Assembly (NCBI GenBank): GCA_973851085.1
Contig: OZ316776.1
Span: forward strand, 5,022,001 to 5,086,000
From: Ptychomitrium polyphyllum
Taxonomy: Eukaryota
DNA length: 64,000 nt
Direction of reading: 5' to 3'
The translations under genes were made by a program, and so were the position numbers. Below the pieces are notes generated by a model. It was not told the DNA's origin, searched no databases, and saw only the letters and a list, made by a program, of their open reading frames with translations. Within the stretch, counting starts at the first letter, position 1. The number at the start of each line of letters is the position of its first letter. This document shows, in pieces, positions 40,091-50,311 of this stretch.

Positions 40091-41885
40091 AGACATGATT
40101 AGATTAAAAAGTCTTTACTTGTACTTTATATAGAAACATAAACAAGTAAGGCAATTATTACATAAAGTTCCAAGTGAAGTCCTAAATGAAGTATCAACTA
40201 ATATGTGCAAATAGATGGACAAAGATATAGGACAAGACATTGAGGTTTCTTTTACAGAATCTAAAAATAAAAAAACTTAATACATTGCTTTATTTGAAAT
40301 TTAATTATAATAATTCCTAACATCTATAGTTTTTATATAATTAGGCTAATATATACATAATGATTATACATATAGATTTTGATTTCTATAAACAATTTAA
40401 AAATAAAAATAAACACTATACTTTTGTGTATTCAATTAAGGAATGATTTTCAATGAAGTTTGCTTAAAAAACACTTCTATTATCAAACTTTTCTTGAAAT
40501 TTTGAAGGTTTTTATGGATTCTTCAATATAAGACAATTTAAGAATGATAATCAAATTGATGTTTGATTGAAAACTATCAATTTTCAATTTATATAATTAA
40601 ATCAATATTTTTAGTTTTGACATTCAATATGTAATGTGAAATTTAAATTAAATTTTATGTTGGATTTAAAAAAAAATAAAAATCATTTAAAAAATAAGAG
40701 TTATTAAATACACTTAAAATTTTGGATTTAACATCCAACTATAACTTTATAATTTGAAATTTGAAATTATTTTTATAATTTAGATTTTGGATTCGGTTCT
40801 TTGAATGTTTTTGAAAAAGTTATAATAGTAGATAAAAATTTCATGCTATTAAGTTAATAATTAAAAAAAAGTTCCAATATTTAAATTATAATATTGATTT
40901 CATATAGTAATTTTTGATTCAATTGGAATAAATGTTAGGCTTTATCAAAAGATCACCTATTTATATTCTTATAACTTTACAACAATAATGTATTCATTTC
41001 ATTGATGTATTAGAACAACAATATACTTAGAAAATGCTAAATATGCCTTAAAAAACATAATCTAGAATACAAAAAGAATATTAATGATAGATCAATAAAG
41101 AAGAGTATAAATTACATTTCAAACTTTTTAACTTTAGTTATCTTCTTTAATCATCAATGGTTGTATATAACATTGCAAAATATTTTTATTAATTCAAAAA
41201 TATAGAGTAAGAAATATTCAAAATAAAGAAGAAAATACTGTATTACATAATGGATATATTTATTAAGTCTTTGTTAGAGGGGAAAGTTTTGTAAACCACC
41301 TTTTGAAACTTGTTTTTGCAATGTTGGATCACAACCAAGTACCCTCAAATTTGAACTTCTTTTGTACTAGCCAAGCTCTTCCAAGCCAAACCTATGTTTG
41401 CCTTAGTTGCCCAAAGTACTCCAACCACCTCTTCAAACCAAAAGTATTTTAAGATTATTTGAGACTATTATTTATAAGAGAACACACTCTAAAAACACAA
41501 GGTGAGAGAGTTCTACTTTACACATAATTCTTGTACAAAAATTTCAAATTTGAAATGAATGGAAAGCTTTTGGGTTCTAGAATGTCTACCTCTGAATCTG
41601 TGAATGTAACCATCTTGGCTGAAAACAGATTGAAAACAACACTGGAACTTTAGATACGGAAGGACGAGAAGCTCATGCAAGCGAAGAGTCGTCTCTTCGT
41701 CGTTCATCCTGGGCGGAAGGGAGAGGGAGGAGAGAGAGAGAGAAGGATATCTAGCTTACAAAGATTTCTCCACAAGATTACAGTTTGCGAGGAGTCTTGT
41801 CGATGCATGGAGGTGAGTATTCCGCTTTTCTTGCGGAGGAGGTGATTCAGTTTCGGTGTTATTGGAGGCATGTTCAAACGCAGTC

Positions 41886-42846
41886 ATGAAGACGCGGAGT
41901 TCGGTGGATCTGGAGGGTGGAACCGATCGCAGAGCCGATCACATGGTGGAAATTGAAGACATGTTCGGGAACAACAGGCAGGAGAAACGGAATCCTCTTG
42001 TGCTTTGTGGTGTGTGTATTTCTAATTTCTGATTTCTTCTAAGTAATTTATCAACTGCGTACGGGTTCTAGAGTCGTGCCATTTGTGCTAAAATAAATTC
42101 TTACCGCAGTCCATCTTCTAGTATTGTATGTATGATGTGTAATTTCGAGATGGATGGTGTCAATGCAGGACGAATTTTTTGTGATTATGGTATGTTCGTG
42201 TAGTTTTGCATCTGGCATTAAATATTAGCGCATCTTACAAGTTTCGCTGTGGGAAGAGCTACTGCAGGTAGCTTATGATATACCCATGGAAGTCATGCAG
42301 GTTTTACTTTTCTCTTTAATTACTCACTTTTATTCTTTCGTTTTGCATCTGAATCAGTTTGTAATGATGTATTGTAACATGAAATTTTCCGGTAAAAGTT
42401 TTTAGAATGCGATTGCTGCAAAATTTTAGACTTCGCATAAGAAACCGATGGCGTCTGTATATGTTTTATGTGTATTTTCTTTGGACATTACTCGAACGAA
42501 GGTTGTCTTAAATCTTGCCAACATTTCCTCTGGTATGGATAGCTAGAGAATTGGATCGTTTAAAACTTCTGCAAGAGCAAGTTGAGGAATCTTTGTGTTA
42601 CAGTTACTTCGTGGATTTTTTCAGTTGTCTGGAATCAGGTCACTTGTGATGAAATTTGGATCTGAGTGAACCTCTTTGTGACAAGCAGGTGCAATTGCAA
42701 CCGCCGGCGTTCTAGTAGCAGGATTAGTGTCTTTCCGGCAGGGAAGAGCCAGAACGAGCCAGATGTTGATGCGAGCCCGAGTCGGATTTCAGGCAGCAAC
42801 CGTGGCTCTAATGGTAGGGAGTGTTCACTTTCAAGGAAAATCATGA
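41886..42846 (+). CDS. HIG1-domain (hypoxia-induced gene, HIGD2/Rcf1-like) small mitochondrial membrane protein; exons 41886-42009 and 42689-42846, 93 aa; possible 4-aa extension from ATG 41803
   Basis: Not in the ORF track. Manual splicing (TGTG|GTGTGT ... AAGCAG|GT, phase 1) gives MKTRSSVDLEGGTDRRADHMVEIEDMFGNNRQEKRNPLVLCGAIATAGVLVAGLVSFRQGRARTSQMLMRARVGFQAATVALMVGSVHFQGKS*, matching the HIG1 pattern NPLV.G...TAGVL..GL.SF..G....SQ.LMRARV..Q..TV. Confidence 0.9.
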
Positions 42847-43534
42847 AGATTGCGGGTGTTGAATTTCAACTGGAGTCCTAGGGTTCTGAACTTTATTTTA
42901 GTTCAAGAGTGTCAGGTTTACGATTTTATGTGATTGTTGCGGTTTTTGGTTTCCATACACGGCACACCTTGAAATGCGTGAGGGTATCTGACGATACGAA
43001 GAGTCATCCTTTTGCGGTGTCTGGTGGTGTTGTTATGTAAGATGTTTGAACAATTTTTGGGAACTAGGAATTTGTATGCAAGAAGGTGATACATTAGAGC
43101 TATTAGACTGGACATCAAAGGTTCCTTGTGATTGTAAAATTTCTCTAATTTGCTTTCTGATCACACTCAACAATAAGAATACATGCAATGATGTCAGATT
43201 ATCTTCAGTGTTTAGGTCAAGAATTGACGTTGTAATCGTTCTTAATTTTAATATGCAGTTTTTAAAATGCTTCAAATCTACTGTAATGTTTGGTAAATCT
43301 TCGCAGGACATTCTGTTAAATGGTGATAGAATCATATAACATTAGATATAAACTGTGAATTCCCAATTGTATTCTGCTTCGTATCTGGTGAACTGTGTTC
43401 TTGATGAAGTTCTAACTCCACACAGACAAGCCTTTGTCAGTGCAAATAGCATCCTCTCTCTTTGTAACCATGCCTTTCCGTATCATACCTTCAAAAAGTA
43501 CTATCTTTAGTTGCTACTCCTACTTTGTCTTTAC

Positions 43535-46500
43535 TTACTTTTTCTTTTTCTTGCAGTAGTTTTCAATCCAGCCAAATGTCAAACTCTTGGGTCTCTCGAT
43601 TGGCAGGCCTAATGCTCGATCCCATATGAGCTGCACATATCACACATTGCGATATAATGCTTGTGACAATTCCTATGCATATTCGTCACTCACTGTGAAC
43701 CTAGACTAAGACTTACAATGCAATGTCATCACTAGTTACAAGAGCATAGGATGTATATGATTGAACATTGTGGCAGATGACTTCTCAGTGAATGTGAAAC
43801 TCACTTGTGCAAGTACACCCATCGTCCGAGAAACTCCAAACAGCACTGTGTAGTAGCTGCACATTAATTCGCCATGCACTCAGAAACTTAACGTAGACAG
43901 TATGTCCGAAACTGGACTGAGAAAGATCAGTCATGAAGAGTAGCTGCTTACTTTTCTTCTTTCATTCCATAGTATTGCAGCAACACTCCACTATGAGCGT
44001 CCACGTTCGGCCACGGGTTTTTAACCTATTAGCAGAAACCACTCTAGAGCACTTTGGTCAATCCTTATGAACATTACAATCCTAGAAGTGAACAAAGTAG
44101 TACGCTAGCTAACCGAAAAGATCTAGAACACAGTACAATGGTGCACATAGTTGCGGAGAGTTGTGAAGAAAAATACCATACCTTCCCAGTTTCTAAAAGA
44201 ATTGGAGGAACAACCTCGTAAATCTTTGAAACCTGCATGCATAATCATCCACACAGAAGTACTTATGAATTTCAAAACATAATTACCGTCATGAACCTTT
44301 ATTTCTTACTCAGGACGAGATGTATTTGTTAATGCCAGAAAAGTTGGATGTTCCAGAACCATAAACTGGTACGTAGGTGACTTAGAAACAACACGTAAGT
44401 GATTCGACGATTAACGATAAGAAGTTAGTGTGATAGTACTAGACATGATCTACACGTATACTGCAACTTTCAAACTTTAGGCTCATTCGAAAAGGAAAGA
44501 ATGAATTTAGAGACAAATATCAGAGTAAGGTCAATACCATTTTGAACAATGGGTCATTTGGGAGATGTTTCAGCGCAAATTCACGCTGACATTGATATCG
44601 AGGGTCAGTTTTCCGTAATACTGCATGTCCGTAACCTGGCACCACCTGTCCAAGTAATCAACAAATGTATAGTTTACTCAATTCCCAGAAATTTTACAGT
44701 ATTCTAGCAAAACATGATATTAATTGATGAGCAGCAAATTATTTCAAGGCAAATCTAACGGAGTTGCCTGCATTAAAATTCCCAGAGCAAAAGATGGGGC
44801 CATTCGACATTCCCATTTGATACCACACACTAAGGCTTACCTTGCCACTCTTCAAGGTCTTCCACACAAACTCCTTCAGTTGCTCTGTGCTAGCATCGGC
44901 ACCAACTTCTTTCACAACACCTTGTATCCATCTCAATACCTCCTGTGCTCATGCATACCATATTCAAAACACCAATCAGCTCACGCAAGGCGCACAACAT
45001 TCAAAATTAGTATCAAACCTATAGATTGTGAACAAACTCACCAGTTAATCTCTAGACGAACGGCTATACAATACGGAACATAAAGGGTATAAAAATTAAC
45101 TTCACGTCCTTCGTATATTGTCTACCGTATTACTGATACTGTAACGTCTCTGTGATACTATTGGTGGAAACCAATGCATGTAGGAAAGCGTGAGAGAGGT
45201 TATGACCTGATTTGCAAGTCCATGAAGAGGACCAGCTAGCCCATTCATTCCAGCTGCAACCGATAGATAAGGGTCAGAGAGCGCACTTCCCACCTGGAAA
45301 AAGCAGGGTGGAGTGTTATGTTAGAGGAGTAGTGCGGATAGCGAAGTCAGTTATTTTTGAATTCAAGCCTTAAGTCGGATGCTAAACGATTACAATTCAG
45401 AAAACAGAAAACGAAGAAGAGATATGATTTGATGATTACCAGATGGACCGTGTGTGCACTCACATTGCCGCCCTCGTGATCACTATTCAAACAACATGCG
45501 TCTCAGTACGTTTCTCATCAAACAAAGAACACTCCAGCAGTGTGCAGCTCCTCCCACGATCAAAAATCTAAGCACTAGACGGTAACATCAGAATCCCGAA
45601 AAGTGAAGGATAGACTCAATTTAGGCTTAATTAGGAATCGAATTCACTCTTATCAATGTTGTTTAATGAGATGAGACCTGTGAATGGTTATATAGAGTCG
45701 CATAAGCTCGAAAAATTTCTTGTCTGTGTAACCCATCATGTGAGCATAATTGGCTGCATAGTCCAATTTTGGATCTGGCGGTATTGTCTTCCCTCCTTTG
45801 TACACTCTACAAAGTGGGTAGTAAAGATGTGATTCCTTCACGAGCGGTAATCCAATCTTCAGTTTCACTAATATATCATGACGGCAGATTCAGAAATACC
45901 TGCGATAAATGAAGGCTGCAACCTCTGGTAACTGAGCCATCAAGTTCATGGAATCCTCGTATACGGGTTGCCAATATCTACAGAAAACAGAGATAAAGAC
46001 TGGAACGATGGAAGTGTGTCATACTTTAAGTCTTATTAAGTTCACGACATCATGTTGACAAATTCCTGCCAGCATCATATTTCCCTTCACAAAGCTACTT
46101 TGTAGTAATAGAAGTTCATTAATAAATCTCTTACTTGCTTTTATGAAGCCCACCCTCATACGCCTTCGCAAATTCACTTTGGGTCTGGATTACACCATAG
46201 GAACTTATTCATTTCTTTGTTCTTCTACAATTGTACAAAAGTACAGCTCAATCAAGAGATCATGAAGCCAAATAAGTAAAGACATGAACCTGAAGAGCCA
46301 TTATGCCTGCACTAAGCTGAGTCATGGGGTGTGCAGATGTTGGAAACTTAGTCAATACGTCAAACACAAAGCCTGTTACATCGATACGAGCTCCACTTAA
46401 TCATGTCGTTAACGCATGTGCTTGGAATGCATGTGCTCGGTGTAAAGACAATGAGTCAAGTCAGACCAGAATAGAACAGAGTTCACGTAGCAATTTGAAA

Positions 46501-47956
46501 TTTATAATCACCCCAAGTCTCAACTGCCTGAGAAAGCTTACAGTTAATAACACACCTGGCACCTTAGATCGCTTCTGAAGATCCTTGGTTACTTCAGCTA
46601 CTTGCTCTTTTGTAGGCACCTACACTTTCTCAGAATCATTATCAATTCACGAAACCAGATGAGCTTGATATGAAATGCAGCAAGTTCGATTCATCTTATG
46701 TTTTTCACTTTCAAGTTCAATGGTCTAAATGAAGTCAAGCCACGCAAGCTGACCTCGCCAGTAACCAAAAGCCACAACAAGCCTTCAGGCAAGGGTTCGC
46801 CTCCACTAATTGCCCCAGGCAACTTCTTCTGACATTCAGGAATTGACAGGCCCCTAAACCGAATGCCCTGCAGATAAACTTCAACAGTAAGCATCATGAA
46901 TGTTTCGCTAACAAGAGATTAATGAGAGCAAAGAGAAGTAACTTCTCGGTAGAGATTCAAGAGTCCCTAACCTCATCAGCGTCGAGCAAAGAGCATTCCC
47001 AGAGCATTCCTTTGATGCCACGCATTCCACCAATGCACTACATTCAGTAGAGTTTAGGGTTGTAGTTAAAATCCCAGACCTCCACAAACTGCAATAGAAT
47101 TATGATTACTTGGTAAACATAGCTCACTCGACCTGACAGCTCGTAAACATCATCATTTGGGTATTTTTCAAGTTCATTCGATACTCTTTTACATACTTCA
47201 TGTACGTGCGAAGTAGAGGGTATCATCAAAGACAGGCTCTCTACCATGTCTACTGTGGTATCACCAAGAGAGATTTTGCCATAATCTTCCTTTATTTTCT
47301 TCAAACGTTCCTGTGGACGAAAACGAAGAAGCTTTCATTTGTGTTTATCATGTGAACTTCAATACCGCTCGGCATAATACAGTAAGTTCGTTCTAAACTC
47401 TCAACAATGATATAGATGAATCAGGTCACAAAATCTAAAGTCTACAGCGACTGAAACAAGTAACGACAAAGCTTGTTGTAGCTTGTCTAACGTTACCTGC
47501 TCTTTTGGGATTAACTCAGCCAATTTAGACTTCATATCCTGCAAGGCAACCGAGAAAATCACAAACTAATTTGGAATACCTGCTTTAGAGATCAAATGAT
47601 TGACAATGCTATTAGAGCAAGGCAATCTTCAACACGCAACGGACATTGTTTCAGGCGTATATAAATTTGTCATTAAACCTAGATTGTGAGAAACACAGAA
47701 CAAAGAGACTCATACCCCTCCTTTTGACATCCAGCGAGCCATTTCTCTCATACATTGAGGGCTCCCTGTTTTCTGCCGATGGATTCTTCTAACGCCCTGC
47801 AAGCAAAAGTTTCTCATTCATTTTTCATCACTTTGGCAAACAATAAGAAAATCGGCCTTTCAGTTTCACCCATGACTAAATTAACATATGAAGAAGCATG
47901 CAAGAAGAATGACAGACGTTGATGAATAGGTCAAGTGTTTGGTGATGTACCTGCAT
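43535..47956 (-). CDS. Citrate synthase, mitochondrial type (CSY4-like); 19 exons, 463 aa from ATG 47956, or 504 aa if started at ATG 50156 in a distal first exon
   Basis: Exons (minus): 48020-47951, 47796-47716, 47538-47497, 47310-47245, 47037-46972, 46867-46754, 46619-46556, 46372-46290, 46184-46135, 45977-45900, 45806-45678, 45482-45440, 45293-45207, 44942-44841, 44645-44538, 44232-44182, 44025-43952, 43856-43805, 43630-43535. All are GT-AG and phase-consistent. Motifs: [75 protein letters not shown]. The N-terminus is an Arg-rich presequence. Confidence 0.95.
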
Positions 47957-48850
47957 CGTTTTAAAGACTCGAGAAATTGTGTCCGGCCGTGCACCTACTC
48001 TGGAAATCCCTGTTCGAGAACTACAGAAGAGGTCGTTGGTCTTTCAGAAACCAAACTCCGTGTAAACACTTTTCGAAATAGGTCATTTGCCAAGTGACTA
48101 TTTCAATTTATCAAATTTTACACCACCAGGCTCTTCAAACTAGAGTTTCTCGATGTGTTTCCTCTTCCCCTGTTATAGGATTTGCTACATTTTCTGGTGC
48201 AAGACTTCTGTCTATTAATGGTCTAACTCGGCAACAATGGTTCACGTCATCAGCTTGATAGAAATTTGCCCTAAAGTGGGGCCAATTACGATAATTATAA
48301 AAAAAAATCTCACTCTGATTTCACAAGACGGGAGGAGTAAAGTCACAGACGCGAGAGTTGAAATGCATGACTGACCACAAAATAGCCGTCACCATGTTTT
48401 CCAAAACTTTCGGCCGAGTCCTAGTCCATTTTAATGTGACTCCTTGCGCTGAACATAAGTGGTAGTTACAAAAACCTAAGCGAAAATCTGAGAAAAGAGC
48501 ACAGGTTCCCATGAAGAGTATCAACAGGGAACTAACCCCCTCCAAGTGCAGATCCTGATTCCATCACATGCCATATCAGGAAACTTAAGGCGTGCACAGT
48601 CCGACACAAGGCAAGTCTACATTTCCACTAATTGGAGACAAGATAAAAAGCCTTTGCAAATATTATCCCTGATGCCAACATAGTCCACTGAACTGCCGTT
48701 AAAACTGTACCTATCCTGCTTGCATTAGCTTTGGTTTCTCATGTCACAGCTCTACAACACCCTGCATAACATGAATCTGCCTCCAAATCACGTTGCCGCA
48801 GACCAAGAAGTTAAATACAAATGAGATGAAAATCGAATGGCAAATCTAAA

Positions 48851-48856
48851 TTTATT
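48851..48856 (-). terminator. Candidate polyadenylation signal AATAAA of the acetyltransferase transcript
   Basis: TTTATT on plus = AATAAA on minus, ~35 nt downstream of the acetyltransferase stop codon. Function not shown. Confidence 0.45.
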
Positions 48857-48890
48857 AGGAAAGTGTGAAGGGTTTGGTTTCTAGTGTTTC

Positions 48891-49553
48891 TTATGTTGAA
48901 ACAGTTTTACGGCGCGACACAATGCTACCCCAATCCCCCTTCTCTATCTTGCGAACCACTTTTGCAGGATTGCCAGCGACCACAACCATCGACGGGACGT
49001 CCTTCGTCACCACGGCGCCAGCTCCAACGACGGCGCCATCGCCAACTGTAACGCCAGGGAGAAGAATGGCACCGCCACCAATCCACACATCGTTTCCTAT
49101 GGTGATAGGCAACCTGTACTCCGGCCCGTTCAATCCGTTTCGCAGGACAGGGTCGAGGGGGTGGCCAGGACAGTAAATCTGGACGTTGGGGCCGAACATG
49201 ACGTTGTCGCCGATGCTCACTTTGGCACAATCCAGAATGACACATCCGAAGTTCATGTAACAGTCTGCGCCCATCTCGATGTTGAAGCCGTAGTCGCACT
49301 GGAACGGCGGCTCAATAAATGGCGGCCTCTCGGAGTTGATCTTGCCAAACAACTCTCGCAAGATTACCGTGCGCTCCACCTCCAGCTCCGCCGAGGGCAA
49401 AGTCGACAGGCCCGTGAGGTTGTATCTCCGCAACTTGTCCCGCGCTGCTCTTCTCTGCTCGACCAGCTTCTTATCCAGCGGCCAGTAGAACGGTTCCGGC
49501 AGCGGAGCTCCCGGCTTCACAGGGCCCTCCACAGGCAGTTCGCTCGTCGCCAT
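48891..49553 (-). CDS. Maltose/galactoside O-acetyltransferase-like protein (Maa/LacA/NodL family, hexapeptide left-handed beta helix), 220 aa, intronless CDS
   Basis: N-terminal Mac-like segment (LVEQRRAARDKLRRYN...RTVILRELFG), FIEPPFQCDYGFNI, ILDCAKVSIGDNVMFGPNVQIY, HPLDP and PITIGNDVWIGGGAILLPGVTVGDGAVVGAGAVVTKDVP..VVAGNPAKVVR are diagnostic. The first ATG is at 49553 (the ORF track starts at a TTG). Confidence 0.93.
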   Translation of the reverse strand: MATSELPVEGPVKPGAPLPEPFYWPLDKKLVEQRRAARDKLRRYNLTGLSTLPSAELEVERTVILRELFGKINSERPPFIEPPFQCDYGFNIEMGADCYMNFGCVILDCAKVSIGDNVMFGPNVQIYCPGHPLDPVLRNGLNGPEYRLPITIGNDVWIGGGAILLPGVTVGDGAVVGAGAVVTKDVPSMVVVAGNPAKVVRKIEKGDWGSIVSRRKTVST

Positions 49554-50097
49554 CGCCTTCAATTTTTCCCAATTACCTGCAAACCCCTAATCGATCCCTT
49601 CAGTACGTGTAACCAACACCGAGAATCAGCGCACATTTACAGCAAGCTTGTCTTCGTTGAGCGGCAGGCGAAACCCAACCCAGGAGAACCAAATTAGGTT
49701 AAACCCTTGAACCACCACCATCGAAGGCATTCAACAATTTCAGAACATCTTATGCTTGTTCCAGACGAGGGACGAATACCGGATAGAAGAATGCAAGAGT
49801 GCGCATCTCGAACGCACAGACATCAAATCAAGCAATGCAAAAGCTCCCGAATTGGCTGTACACCATTTAGAGCTGGAAGTGATTCTCATACCCTCATACC
49901 GGTGCCATTACAGACAGAATCCGATCAACAATCATCACAACCCCAGACTTTAATATCCATGCACGACTCGCTCGCTCGCTCACTCACTCACTCAATCACT
50001 CACTCCATTATAGAGTTGAACAAGCGAACCCACAAACAACTCCGCTGAATTACGTTAAATAACAAGCAAACAGGAAAAGGCAGATCAAGTTGTCAAC

Positions 50098-50311
50098 CTC
50101 CTAAAACCACACACACGATGGACGATGACCCACTGCGTGAAGTCGACGATCGCCATACGAGACAAAAGTACAGAAAGTGGAACAGAGCGTCTGCAGTGCG
50201 CGGTGTGTGCGAGAGTGAGCTGCTCTGACCTGGTCAACGATAAAGCGCCGCACTTGATCTGCCTTCGATTGGGCAACGTCCTCCTCCCAGGCTCGTCGTG
50301 TGAGTTTATAA
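50098..50311 (-). promoter_or_regulatory. Candidate TATA box and first exon serving the acetyltransferase and possibly citrate synthase
   Basis: TATAAA on minus at 50310-50305, then a pyrimidine-rich leader, an ATG at 50156 and a donor-like GAG|GTTGAC at 50098/50097 followed by T/G-rich intron-like sequence. The donor is weak and unconfirmed. Confidence 0.5.

Noticed and set aside
48865..49697. Plus-strand ORFs (103 and 178 aa) and an alternative minus ORF over the acetyltransferase
   Set aside because: Antisense or alternative frames of a GC-rich CDS.
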